Shown here in pieces: positions 19,090 through 29,303 of a stretch of 64,000 nt of DNA (position 1 is the stretch's first letter; each line of letters begins with the position of its first letter). Position numbers and translations under genes: made by a program. Source of the stretch: a virus (taxonomy: Duplodnaviria > Caudoviricetes); IMG/VR virus record IMGVR_UViG_3300005573_000088, positions 5,237 through 69,236 of that record, one strand, 5' to 3'. The notes beneath the pieces are model-generated. The model searched no databases, had not been told where the DNA came from, and worked only from the letters and a program-made list of their open reading frames with translations.

Positions 19090-21651
19090 ATGGCTGAATT
19101 TAAAAAAGCTTCTAAGGATTGGTCAAGATCGCAGCAAATAAATCAACACAATGATAACGATTTGATTTTAGAAGGTAGAATTTCAGAACAGGAGTTTGCT
19201 GACAATGAGTTAAATCAAATATATGCCGATCTAGGGATTGCTCGTCATTATGTAAGAAAAAGAGAGTTAGGGCATAGTATAACTGATTACTCCAATTGGA
19301 CTCATTATAAAGCCGAATCTGGTTACTCAATTTGGTCTTATCCTGTATCTGACTTTTTAGACGCATCCAGCAATCTTCTCTTTATGGATAATGTCAAATT
19401 TACATATAAAGGTGAAGCTGATTCTCTAGATATTTCTAAATTTGCTAAAGTATTAAATGTATTTGAAGGCACAGTTTTTGATGTAACTGAAGAGGCTGGA
19501 ACAGAAGGTGGAACTGCATTTTCATTCCTGCAGTCTGCTGATGGAATGTCAACATGGTTATATTTATGTGGTGATGAGAAATTTAACGCTATAGACTTTG
19601 ATATTGAAACGGTAGGTGGAGGAATTAATCTTGAGTTAAGATACTGGAATGGTTCTGAATGGTCGCAATGGGATGGTTCTTGTGTAATATCAAATTTCAT
19701 AGATAATACTTCGAATTTATTATACAATGGGCGAATCGAATACGATTTGCCGTCTGATTGGATATCTAGTGAAATTGATGGTACTACTGGATACTGGATT
19801 ATGCTTAGTACAACATCAAATCCCACTCAAATACCTACAGCATATCACATACTACCTGGAAACTCTGTTCCATCACTTTTAAGGCTAAGCCAAGCACAAA
19901 TAGTGAACGATGAATGGGCATGGTGTTTTTACAATGGATACATTTATGTTACACTAAAGAATTCTGGCGATTCTTACTACGAGGGTGATTTATTTATTAA
20001 AAGCACATCATCAGTTGAGAATTTGCAGGCATTCTTTATATCAAATCATAAAATAAAAGTTTCATATTTAAAAGAGGAATGTTCATCTGGATTTAATTTT
20101 ATTAATATAAAGGACGTGCCAAATTCATATACTGGAGCGTCTCATAAATTGGTAGCTGTAAAAGAAGACGAATCTGGGTTAGAGTTTATCTCAAACCCAG
20201 GATATAAAAATAATTTCATTGAACTAGATGATACACCTAGTTCATATCTTGGTCAATCTGGCAAGTATACTTGTGTAAATCAAACGGAAGACGGTTTAGA
20301 ATTTTCAGATGTTGATATAATCAAAACAGTCACAAAAGTTATAGGTTTTACTGATGATTGTGATTATATCTGCGATGGAGCTTCTGATGATATACAAATT
20401 CAATTGGCTATAACAGAAGTTGGTATATCTGGTGGTGGAACAATTAGGTTCAGAAAAGGGACATATAACTGCCTGAATACTATAACTTCTTGTCAATTTA
20501 TAGTTTTTGAAGGAGAGTCAAGATATGAAACGATTATAAAGGATACAAGAGATTTTGGTGGTAGCTATGCTGGTAATGCTAATTTTGTAGAGTTAGATTT
20601 TTACAATGAGATAAAAAATCTTACACTTAAAAACGAAACAAATGGTACAACATCTGGATATTGTCTGATTAAAATAGAGTCAAAAGATTATGTAAATATC
20701 TTAAATTCAGACATTTGCGTTTCAAATGCAGGGTATTACACAAGTTGCATTAACATTTCTGGAACTAATAATAATATTTTTATAGATCGTTGCTATTTAT
20801 ATAATCCTACGGGAAGTGGTAATGCAATAATTCTTTATACTAGTGGTAGCACTATTTCCACTATGGGCATTACCAATTGTATCATTATAAGTGGACAGTT
20901 GGGCATATTGAATTACAATGGAAATTTTACTGACTTAAAAGTATGCCATAACAGTATTACTGGTCCTAGATTAAATGGTTATTTCTATAGATCTATTTTC
21001 GCAAACAATTACTTTGATGGTTTTAGTCTCAGTGGTGGAGGATTTGTATGGATTAGAGACGGTTCAGAGAACGTTATTGTTGAAGGAAATATTGCAATAG
21101 CATATTTTAGCTCTGGTTGTATAGAGATTGGAAATTCGTGTTCAAATATATTGATACATGACAACTACTTGAGGAATTCAGCAAATTGGCCTATTGTTGC
21201 AACTGGGACATCTCCTTATGTATTTGTATTTAACAATGTGTTTTATGATGCAGCTACAAATAATACGATTACTGGCTCTGCTATAAAATTCAATAATATT
21301 GATCCTTCAGGATATCCAATTGGGTGGACACAAACGCAAAAGTATGAAACGCATCCGACATTTAATTCTGACACTCAGTTGGTTGACAAGAAATATGTAG
21401 ATGACAAATATCATGTTTGGACAACTGCAACGAGACCAAATTCACCAACTCAAGGTATGCTTGGGTACAATACAGATTTCAATGGAACAGAAGTATATCA
21501 AACTGTCACTGGAAGGGTTGGATGGCTTGTAATAGGTGGATATTGGACAGTGGCGACTAGACCATCAAGTGTTGTAATTGGAAGTAGAGGATATAACCTC
21601 GATCTTGAGACATTTGAATATCTTGATGTTACAGGAAACTGGTCGTCATAA
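19090..21651 (+). CDS. Second tail spike with pectin-lyase-like beta-helix
   Basis: CDGASDDIQIQLAI...GGTIRFRKGTY beta-helix entry; tandem F..L.D.P.SY.G...K...V...E.GLEF repeats; C-terminal WT.ATRP...GYN.D repeats. Confidence 0.7.
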   Translation: MAEFKKASKDWSRSQQINQHNDNDLILEGRISEQEFADNELNQIYADLGIARHYVRKRELGHSITDYSNWTHYKAESGYSIWSYPVSDFLDASSNLLFMDNVKFTYKGEADSLDISKFAKVLNVFEGTVFDVTEEAGTEGGTAFSFLQSADGMSTWLYLCGDEKFNAIDFDIETVGGGINLELRYWNGSEWSQWDGSCVISNFIDNTSNLLYNGRIEYDLPSDWISSEIDGTTGYWIMLSTTSNPTQIPTAYHILPGNSVPSLLRLSQAQIVNDEWAWCFYNGYIYVTLKNSGDSYYEGDLFIKSTSSVENLQAFFISNHKIKVSYLKEECSSGFNFINIKDVPNSYTGASHKLVAVKEDESGLEFISNPGYKNNFIELDDTPSSYLGQSGKYTCVNQTEDGLEFSDVDIIKTVTKVIGFTDDCDYICDGASDDIQIQLAITEVGISGGGTIRFRKGTYNCLNTITSCQFIVFEGESRYETIIKDTRDFGGSYAGNANFVELDFYNEIKNLTLKNETNGTTSGYCLIKIESKDYVNILNSDICVSNAGYYTSCINISGTNNNIFIDRCYLYNPTGSGNAIILYTSGSTISTMGITNCIIISGQLGILNYNGNFTDLKVCHNSITGPRLNGYFYRSIFANNYFDGFSLSGGGFVWIRDGSENVIVEGNIAIAYFSSGCIEIGNSCSNILIHDNYLRNSANWPIVATGTSPYVFVFNNVFYDAATNNTITGSAIKFNNIDPSGYPIGWTQTQKYETHPTFNSDTQLVDKKYVDDKYHVWTTATRPNSPTQGMLGYNTDFNGTEVYQTVTGRVGWLVIGGYWTVATRPSSVVIGSRGYNLDLETFEYLDVTGNWSS

Positions 21652-21669
21652 AGAAAAAGGAGAGATAAA

Positions 21670-22569
21670 ATGTTAAAAAAATTATTATTTTCACTTGGTT
21701 TAATGCTCACTTCTACTATTGTTTATGCTGGTTATCCCTACTGGCAGATTCGTATCGATCCTCTTAGTAAAGAAGCAACTGCATATATGTGTTCATATAT
21801 GATTATAAGTACTGGTGTTGGTGGAGTAGAAAAAGGTTTTATTGATGACCGTAATGGTAATGCAAAATTTTATCAATTGTATACAAGTACAATAGTTGGG
21901 ATAGGGCATATTTCAATAATGAATAATTTGATAGGAAATGCAACATTTTTTACAAATGGAGACTTAGGAATAAGAGGAAGTTTTATAGGTGATGGAAGTA
22001 AATTAACTAATTTATCAACTGGAACTTCAACAGATATAGAATGTAGAAAATCAACAGGAACATTAACAAGAATTAATACAACAGGAAACGTAGGTGATGT
22101 TTGGCAAGTGTTTGCAAGTTCACCATCATACGGAAAATTGATAGCAGGTAATGGTGGCACGAAAGATCAATGGGGTTCAATAGGGTTTTATATTCCAGGA
22201 GATGCTTTTACAACTAATGGTATAGCGTATTGTCCTCCAATAGGCTATGGATTAACAATAACAAGTGCCATAGCAACAGTTACACCAAATGGCAAATGTC
22301 CGACAGGTGCAGGGAGTAGATTGAATTTTGATATTAAATATTCCAGTTTTCCAATTGCAAGTGATGTATCAAATTGGGCAAGTATAATGGCATCGTCTTG
22401 GACATTATCGATTGTAGCAAATTCATCTCACGTTATAGTAAATGCATCAGGTTTTTCAAGGACACATTTAAACTCAGATGATGTATTACGGCTTGATATA
22501 GGAGATATAGGTTCAGCAACAGCAGGAGGGTCACCAATATGCGTTACAATATATGGCAAAAAGGATTAA
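21670..22569 (+). CDS. Exported protein with Sec-type signal peptide
   Basis: MLKKLLFSLGLMLTSTIVYA|G signal; S/T/G-rich beta-type body. Confidence 0.55.
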   Translation: MLKKLLFSLGLMLTSTIVYAGYPYWQIRIDPLSKEATAYMCSYMIISTGVGGVEKGFIDDRNGNAKFYQLYTSTIVGIGHISIMNNLIGNATFFTNGDLGIRGSFIGDGSKLTNLSTGTSTDIECRKSTGTLTRINTTGNVGDVWQVFASSPSYGKLIAGNGGTKDQWGSIGFYIPGDAFTTNGIAYCPPIGYGLTITSAIATVTPNGKCPTGAGSRLNFDIKYSSFPIASDVSNWASIMASSWTLSIVANSSHVIVNASGFSRTHLNSDDVLRLDIGDIGSATAGGSPICVTIYGKKD

Positions 22570-23270
22570 TATTATTTTTGTTGTTTGCAATATATAGGAT
22601 TGCTGATACGACGGCACCTGTTTCTATCTGCCAATCTAATAGCAATAGAAGTGGATTGATAGCGCTGTGGCATTTGAATACAAATAGCACTTCACAACCA
22701 GACGCAACAGGTAATAATCATACTGGGACAGTTATAGGTTCAGCATCATATACAACCGGTAAATTTGGTGGCGCATATGTATTTCCTTCATACCCATCGT
22801 ATATACAAACAGATTTTACAGGCGCTACTTTAAACTATAATATAACAGTAATTGCTTGGATATATCCAACTGATATATCGACTAACAGAGGAATTATGGG
22901 GTGTGCCGATTCAAATCCTTGGCAAGGGTGGTACTTTAGAATATCTTATTCTAAATTACAATACCATATTAACGGTGGTGGCGCGGAAGTTTACGGAAAT
23001 ACACCAGTGACTTTAAACACATGGCATCAGGCTGCTTTTACGAGGACAACCGGGGAATTTTGTTTATATTTAGACGGAGTATTAGATAAAAAACAATCTT
23101 TTTCAAGCGGCAATCCTGGCACAAGAAATGTTGTTTTTGGTGCAGTTTATTATGAAGGAGGAGAACATTTTTATGGTAAAATAGATGAGGTAGCAATATA
23201 TAATAGAGTGTTATCAGACGCAGAAATAAATTTTTTATATTATAACAATCCAAAGGTGATGATAAAATGA
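22539..23270 (+). CDS. LamG/concanavalin-A-like lectin domain protein with signal-like N-terminus
   Basis: GLIALWHLN, TGKFGGA, ITVIAWIYP, WHQAAFT, LYLDGV and FYGKIDEVAIYNRVLS are canonical LamG motifs. Confidence 0.85.
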   Translation: MRYNIWQKGLILFLLFAIYRIADTTAPVSICQSNSNRSGLIALWHLNTNSTSQPDATGNNHTGTVIGSASYTTGKFGGAYVFPSYPSYIQTDFTGATLNYNITVIAWIYPTDISTNRGIMGCADSNPWQGWYFRISYSKLQYHINGGGAEVYGNTPVTLNTWHQAAFTRTTGEFCLYLDGVLDKKQSFSSGNPGTRNVVFGAVYYEGGEHFYGKIDEVAIYNRVLSDAEINFLYYNNPKVMIK

Positions 23271-23632
23271 TATTACTTTTTTTACTCATTTCTTCAATAT
23301 GTTTTGCACAAGAAGAATCTACAGGGACTGTTAAAATAGAATTAGTTCCACCTACAACAGCGCAAATATTAGCTTCACCAACAACAGCACAAATATTGAT
23401 TAAAAATTATATTGAACCTGTTTTAATGGATAAAGGGAAAATAATTGCAATTGATTTATTGTTATTGGATAGAGATTATTATAGAAGTTTATGTGGAGTT
23501 AATATAGACAAGGAAACAGGACAGATATTGATGAATTATAAGTATATGTTAAAAGAAGAAGAAAGGAACCAAGAACTCGGCAGAAATTATGTTGCTGGAG
23601 TGACATTCCCTATTTTTAGATTAGAGAAATAG
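23267..23632 (+). CDS. Small exported protein with signal peptide
   Basis: MILLFLLISSICFA|Q signal. Confidence 0.55.
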   Translation: MILLFLLISSICFAQEESTGTVKIELVPPTTAQILASPTTAQILIKNYIEPVLMDKGKIIAIDLLLLDRDYYRSLCGVNIDKETGQILMNYKYMLKEEERNQELGRNYVAGVTFPIFRLEK

Positions 23633-23747
23633 TATGTTTTATATTGATTATAGATGTTATGGTGTAGAAACAGTAATTATAAAAGTAAACCTATAGCGGA
23701 GTAAAAATTGTTTAATGAGAGGAAAGACCTAAGAAAAGGAGGAGAAT

Positions 23748-24080
23748 ATGGATCCTATCACAACAACAGCAGCAACACAGTCTTTGGGTATATTTGCCCA
23801 GTTCGTGAATTGGGAGGTTGTAATAGCCGTAGTTTTAATCGTAGAGTTAGCAAAGATATACATTCCTGACAACTTAGAACCTAAGTTACTTCCTGTGATT
23901 TCGATAGCAGTAGGTGGTTTGATTTCGGTAATACCACAGCTTCATCTTTCGATAATTGTAGGTCTAGTGAGTGGTTTCACAGCAACGGCTGGCTACAATG
24001 CTGGATTCATTGGAATACAGAAGATCGTAAATATTATAACTACGGCTATGACAACCCAACCTGAGCAACCGAAACAGTAG
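23748..24080 (+). CDS. Holin
   Basis: 110 aa, about three hydrophobic segments, immediately upstream of endolysin, strong SD. Confidence 0.75.
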   Translation: MDPITTTAATQSLGIFAQFVNWEVVIAVVLIVELAKIYIPDNLEPKLLPVISIAVGGLISVIPQLHLSIIVGLVSGFTATAGYNAGFIGIQKIVNIITTAMTTQPEQPKQ

Positions 24081-24083
24081 TTT

Positions 24084-24713
24084 ATGATAATGGGTTGGAA
24101 ATACACAGACGAAGAAATATCAAATATTGAGAATGAACTCAAACTTCTAAAGGAAAGAAGGTTGTTTCAAGATCAGCAACGAATGGAACAATACGAGAAA
24201 CAATTTGTAGAAGAGAGCGATGCAGTTATTCTTGCCAAGTTACATCCGATAGTTAAGGTTATGATGAGGAAATTGCTAATTCAATGCAAACAAGCGGGTT
24301 TGAAATTTGGTATTTACTCTGGGCTAAGAACTTTCGACGAGCAGAATAAACTCTATAGTAAAGGAAGAAGATTTGAAAATGGCAATTGGGTAATAATAAA
24401 CAAAGCAGAAATAGTTACTAATTCTAAATGTGGATATTCATGGCATAACTATGGCTTGGCCTGCGATTTTGTAATTAGAGGTAGCAAAAATCAGTGGACA
24501 TGGAATAGTTCTATAGACACAAATAGAGATGGTAGAAATGACTGGAATCATTTTGGTGAAATAGCAGAGTCTAATGGATTAACATGGGGTGGACGCTGGA
24601 AACCACCAGATATCCCACATGTGCAGTATCATGGCGGCATAAAAGATATTAATAGTGCATTAACTCTATATAATAGTGGTGGAATTTATGCAGTTTGGGA
24701 AAAGGTAGTCTAA
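24084..24713 (+). CDS. Endolysin, M15-family L-Ala-D-Glu peptidase
   Basis: SGLRTFDEQNKLY, SWHNYGLACDF and WGGRW...DIPHVQ zinc-peptidase motifs. Confidence 0.9.
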   Translation: MIMGWKYTDEEISNIENELKLLKERRLFQDQQRMEQYEKQFVEESDAVILAKLHPIVKVMMRKLLIQCKQAGLKFGIYSGLRTFDEQNKLYSKGRRFENGNWVIINKAEIVTNSKCGYSWHNYGLACDFVIRGSKNQWTWNSSIDTNRDGRNDWNHFGEIAESNGLTWGGRWKPPDIPHVQYHGGIKDINSALTLYNSGGIYAVWEKVV

Positions 24714-25475
24714 ATGGCTTCTGCTGAAATTAAAATAAGTTGTGGCATTGGTGATGCAATAACATACATCACAAGAATTTCAGAGTTTATAAAACGTGAG
24801 CAAGTTAGTGAATTATCTATATGGATTGCTGGAGGGTGGCAACAAATACCACGTCTTATCAAAGAAGTATACGAACCCTGCAAACTTATAAATAAGATAA
24901 CCTACCACAGTGAAAAAGCCGATAAACACTTTGATTGGATAGCAGATGATGCTCCACTCATTTACCCTATGACTATGCCTTTTGACATTCCTATATATGA
25001 TACTGATAAGATTTCTCTACCATCTGACTGGAAAGTTTGTGTTATTCATCCTATTACTACAGAAGGTTCATTTGAAGGTTACAACTGTCAAAGATATTTA
25101 GAACCATCAAAATGGGTTAAAATTTGCGATAAAATCCACGATTTGGGGTATAAGATTGTTCAGATAGGGGGAGCAGCAGAAGGTGGCTATTTACCCCAAG
25201 AAACGATAGATTTGAACCTATCTGGTATTACTACTATACGTGAAAGTATTGGAATATTAAAAAACTGTGATTTTTGTATTGGTTGCAATAGTTGGCCTTG
25301 GGAAGTATCTAGTTACAAGGGTATAAAAACAGTGTGTTTATACTATACAAATACACACTGGATACGTCTTCATGTGCCAAAACCAGATAGCAAAGACTAT
25401 GGTTTACCTAACCTTAGGATTGAAACTGATAAAAATATTGATAAAATTATTGGTTTCATAGAGGAGCTTCAATGA
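24714..25475 (+). CDS. Glycosyltransferase, GT9-like
   Basis: GIGDAI; VIHP...W; IVQIGG; LKNCDFCIGCNSWP, similar to heptosyltransferase-fold motifs. Confidence 0.7.
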   Translation: MASAEIKISCGIGDAITYITRISEFIKREQVSELSIWIAGGWQQIPRLIKEVYEPCKLINKITYHSEKADKHFDWIADDAPLIYPMTMPFDIPIYDTDKISLPSDWKVCVIHPITTEGSFEGYNCQRYLEPSKWVKICDKIHDLGYKIVQIGGAAEGGYLPQETIDLNLSGITTIRESIGILKNCDFCIGCNSWPWEVSSYKGIKTVCLYYTNTHWIRLHVPKPDSKDYGLPNLRIETDKNIDKIIGFIEELQ

Positions 25476-26116
25476 AGGGTTATTGGGCTAATTGGTCAAA
25501 AACTTTAGGTAGTGCTATGTACTGTATAAGAACTGATAAGGAAAATTGGACTTTAGATGAATTTTTTAAGAGTGGTCTTGATGACTACAACAATTTTTTA
25601 AAACTTGACGAAATCCCAGACAATGAAAGTGTGCTTGATATAGGTTGTGGAATTGGACGAGTGTTATTCCCAATACAAAACTTCTATAAGAATTTATATG
25701 GAATAGATGTTTCAGATGGGATGATTGAACTTGCAAATAGTCTTAAAAAAGAGTATAATAAAAGTGACAATATAAAGTTTATTGTTACAGATGGATTGGG
25801 AAATATCCCATTTGACAGTAACAGTATTTCATTTGTATTTTCCATTATATGTTTTCAGCATATTCCTTCAAAAGAAGTACAGCTAAAATATTTTAGTGAA
25901 GTTGACAGGGTTTTAAAGAAAAATGGGATAGCAAAGATAATGGTGCAAGATCCAAAATATAGAGCTACAGATTTCAATTGCGAGGTTGGCTGTGGAATCT
26001 CTATTGATGAGATAAAAGGAAGTTTAGTAAAATCAGGAATATTAAGGACAGAACCTAGTAAGTGGATTTGCCAGGCTGAACGTAATTACTGGGTTGTAAT
26101 AAGGAAATATGCTTGA
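25472..26116 (+). CDS. Class I SAM-dependent methyltransferase
   Basis: VLDIGCGIGR, YGIDVS and FVFSIICFQHI motifs. Confidence 0.88.
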   Translation: MKGYWANWSKTLGSAMYCIRTDKENWTLDEFFKSGLDDYNNFLKLDEIPDNESVLDIGCGIGRVLFPIQNFYKNLYGIDVSDGMIELANSLKKEYNKSDNIKFIVTDGLGNIPFDSNSISFVFSIICFQHIPSKEVQLKYFSEVDRVLKKNGIAKIMVQDPKYRATDFNCEVGCGISIDEIKGSLVKSGILRTEPSKWICQAERNYWVVIRKYA

Positions 26117-26792
26117 TATAGTTGTAATAGGTAAAGATAGACCTTTTTATTTGGAAAAGTGCATATCTGCTATAGAAGCCACATCAAGAAAATATCGTCT
26201 AACTATAATAGACGATGGATCCTCTAATTTGTTTGACATTAAACGTAATTTAAGCAAGGCACACCAAATTATTCTAAACGGAAAGAATATGGGGAGTACA
26301 CCATCCATGAATACTGGAATACATCTTGCACATATGTGGCAATGGTTTTATAAAGAAAGTGTTGATGATCCATTGTTATTTATAGAAGATGACATGGTGT
26401 TAAAATCTGGTTGGCAGGAAAAATGCTGGGAATACTTGAATAAATGGGAAAATGAATTCAAAATTGGATTTATATCTGGGTTTGATGCTCCAGAACACTC
26501 AACAACAAAAGAAATTTCTTATGTCGGAGATACAATAAAAATAAAAGATATAATTCGTTCTTCAATGATGTATGCAAGAAAAAAACACTGGGCTTCAATT
26601 GGATTGGTTCCAAATCTTGATAAAGATGGCAAGGAAAGAGGGTTTCCAAGCGCAGGAACTGGAAGCAAACGTGACTGGTATTATCTTACAGATGCTATAA
26701 ATTCAAATAAAGCACAAGGTAAAAACTGTCTTGTAATATGCGGTCTCGCTGAACATATTGGGGAAAATAACTCTACGTGGAGGAAAGAGTGA
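26109..26792 (+). CDS. Glycosyltransferase, GT2-like
   Basis: DIVVIGKDRP, IIDDGS and LLFIEDD (DxD-like) motifs. Confidence 0.8.
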   Translation: MLDIVVIGKDRPFYLEKCISAIEATSRKYRLTIIDDGSSNLFDIKRNLSKAHQIILNGKNMGSTPSMNTGIHLAHMWQWFYKESVDDPLLFIEDDMVLKSGWQEKCWEYLNKWENEFKIGFISGFDAPEHSTTKEISYVGDTIKIKDIIRSSMMYARKKHWASIGLVPNLDKDGKERGFPSAGTGSKRDWYYLTDAINSNKAQGKNCLVICGLAEHIGENNSTWRKE

Positions 26793-27637
26793 ATGTATTT
26801 ATACTAGCTGATAGTCCTCACTGGATTGTGAATAAATGTGTTGACAATATGATAGCAAATATGGTAGAATACTGTTTTGTAAAGAGATATGACCAGAATA
26901 TTGAAATAGACGAGTTTGTTAAAATTGCTAGTAAATCAGACATTATTCATTTTAACTCTTGGGAGAAGATATACTTATTTCAAAAAGCAGTTTCAAGTTT
27001 GCAAGATAAATGCATAATTTTAACCATAAGGTCACATAGATACAATGTTGAAAATATTAGGCAGTTTGTTAAAGTGTGTTCATCCATTTCAGTGGTTAAT
27101 AAGCAACTGGTTTCAGAAATCAAGGATCTTGGTGTTAGCAATGTTGTTTATATTCCAGATGGAATAGATGATAAATTTATCTCACATAGATATACACCAG
27201 TTATAGGATTTGAAGGGAGACCTTGCGAATATAAGGGTAATGCACTTGTAGAACAAGCTTGCAATGAACTTGGTTTTGAGTTTAGACCTGCATATGGAAA
27301 TATATCAGACATGGTAAGTTATTATTCATCACTTGATTGTTACGTGTGCGCATCAGAAAATGAAGGTTTTAGCACTGGTGCAATGGAGGCAATGGCAATG
27401 AACATTCCTGTTTTAACTGTCAATGTTGGTGTTCCCAAAATGCTAAATGTTTTTAAAATTGATAGATCCGTTGAAGGTATAAAGAAAGGACTTGCAGCTC
27501 TATTTGCGCATAACCAAGTTGAAAATTTTACTTGGAAAAATGTATGTAAGTTGTTTAGTTCTCTTTATAAACTATCATACGCAAAAAAACAGATTTCACA
27601 GGATTTACTTGAAAAAGACACAGGAGTGAAATTTTGA
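26789..27637 (+). CDS. Glycosyltransferase, GT4-like
   Basis: YIPDGID; YVCASENEGFSTGAMEAMAMNIPV (EX7E motif). GTG start overlaps the upstream TGA, with GGAGG SD. Confidence 0.85.
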   Translation: MNVFILADSPHWIVNKCVDNMIANMVEYCFVKRYDQNIEIDEFVKIASKSDIIHFNSWEKIYLFQKAVSSLQDKCIILTIRSHRYNVENIRQFVKVCSSISVVNKQLVSEIKDLGVSNVVYIPDGIDDKFISHRYTPVIGFEGRPCEYKGNALVEQACNELGFEFRPAYGNISDMVSYYSSLDCYVCASENEGFSTGAMEAMAMNIPVLTVNVGVPKMLNVFKIDRSVEGIKKGLAALFAHNQVENFTWKNVCKLFSSLYKLSYAKKQISQDLLEKDTGVKF

Positions 27638-27649
27638 TGGTGAAATAGT

Positions 27650-28231
27650 GTGAAAGACTACGATATTATTATAGATAGACAAACTGCTAACGAGGAAAAT
27701 CACTTATGTATTTCAGAGGCATTGAAATTAGTCCCATCACATACAATCAGTCTTGATATCGGCTGTAACTCTGGTTGGCTAATGGAAGAAATGACAAAAA
27801 AAGGTTGTATATGTTATGGGGTAGATAATAGCAAAAAAGTAATAAAAATTGCAAGAAATAAAGGATTAAACGTTATTTTTTCAGATGCTCAAAATATTCC
27901 ACTTGAAAGTTCATATTTTGATATTATAACAATGGTAAGTGTGTTACAGCAATGCACAAAAGATGAAATATGTCTTATATTAGGAGAATGCTGGAGGTTA
28001 TTAAAAGATCCTGGGTGGATTATAGGTATAAACCCCATGCCTAATGGTGGATGGGGATATTCTGCTATTGGTAAATCTCCGTATGTCAAGAGCGTAATAG
28101 AGCCTAATTTATTTTGTTCTGATTTTCACCCAGAGGGACATACATACTGGAAGCAAATAAGCAAAGATAATTATGTATTTAAAATTCATACACGATTTAT
28201 TAAGGAACTGATAGATGCTATTCAGAAATGA
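27650..28231 (+). CDS. Class I SAM-dependent methyltransferase
   Basis: LDIGCNSG, YGVD, FDIITMVSVLQ. Confidence 0.85.
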   Translation: MKDYDIIIDRQTANEENHLCISEALKLVPSHTISLDIGCNSGWLMEEMTKKGCICYGVDNSKKVIKIARNKGLNVIFSDAQNIPLESSYFDIITMVSVLQQCTKDEICLILGECWRLLKDPGWIIGINPMPNGGWGYSAIGKSPYVKSVIEPNLFCSDFHPEGHTYWKQISKDNYVFKIHTRFIKELIDAIQK

Positions 28232-28796
28232 TGACATATCTTCAGACACAAAATTAGAAGAATTAGAACGATTTTGTGATATATTTGATAAATATGGATT
28301 TAAAATCATTCATGGGGTTACCATTTTTGGGCCTTTAATACCAATGGATAGCTCTTGGAGTAACCAGAATATTGATTTAATATGCATAGAAAAATTTACT
28401 GACAATAAAGATGTTATTGAATATTTATTTTCAAGAAATGATGAGATTGCAGTGCATGGATATAAACATTACCATTATTTAAATATTGAACAAGATATGG
28501 GCTATGGAATAGGGATTGCAAAGAGAACACTTGAGGATATATTCCAGAGACCTGTTAAATACTTTATTCCACCCTTTAATGAGCATGACGCATTAACAGA
28601 TTATTATTGTAGCAAGTATGATCTTGAAATTCTTGATTCAAAAGGTGAGCATCTTGAGCTTTATTTAGACAGAGAACCTCCTAATATCGATACAAACTGG
28701 AGATGCCACTCCTGGAGGTTCTATTCTGTTTACATTGATGGATACGCAAAGCTTGATGTGCTTCTTGGGAAAATAAAAACATACATAAAGAAATGA
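28215..28796 (+). CDS. Polysaccharide deacetylase-like protein
   Basis: FRNDD, EIAVHGYKH and YFIPPFN NodB-type motifs. Confidence 0.8.
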   Translation: MLFRNDDISSDTKLEELERFCDIFDKYGFKIIHGVTIFGPLIPMDSSWSNQNIDLICIEKFTDNKDVIEYLFSRNDEIAVHGYKHYHYLNIEQDMGYGIGIAKRTLEDIFQRPVKYFIPPFNEHDALTDYYCSKYDLEILDSKGEHLELYLDREPPNIDTNWRCHSWRFYSVYIDGYAKLDVLLGKIKTYIKK

Positions 28797-28820
28797 TGAT
28801 GGAATAATTACGAACTAATT

Positions 28821-29303
28821 ATGAAACTAAACCTTGGTTGTGGAAAAGATTATATCAAAGGCTTTATTAATATTGATACAATAAAGGGCTTTAAGGCTGA
28901 TTTGTATCACGATTTGAGATATCCTCTTCCGTATAGTAGCGAAACAGTTACATATATTAAGGCAAAAGATATTTTTGAACACTTTAATAAATATGAAGCT
29001 GAAATAGTCTTTCGTGGATGGGTAAACCTTCTTTGTGAAGGAGGAATAATTGAAGTTACTGTTCCAGATATTGAAGTTATCATAAAAAATTTTAATGGTG
29101 ATACTTTACTAAACCTTATATTTGGTGAACCTTTGTTTGCAGGTATTGATACAGGAAACTTTGGAATGCATAAATGGGGATACACGAAACAAACACTTAA
29201 AAAACTATTTGAAGATAATGACCTTGAAGTTTTAGAATTAGTAAATGTTGACGGGACAAACATTTTCTGCAAAGGAAGAAAGAAGGAGAGGAGGCAAGGA
29301 TGA
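28821..29303 (+). CDS. Class I SAM-dependent methyltransferase
   Basis: KLNLGCG...FINID...IFEH...VTVPD...HKWGY. Confidence 0.85.
   Translation: MKLNLGCGKDYIKGFINIDTIKGFKADLYHDLRYPLPYSSETVTYIKAKDIFEHFNKYEAEIVFRGWVNLLCEGGIIEVTVPDIEVIIKNFNGDTLLNLIFGEPLFAGIDTGNFGMHKWGYTKQTLKKLFEDNDLEVLELVNVDGTNIFCKGRKKERRQG

Noticed and set aside
16573-23632. Diversity-generating retroelement targeting tail or LamG genes
   Set aside because: No reverse transcriptase ORF, and I found no template/variable repeat pair differing at adenines. Cannot be excluded outside the window.
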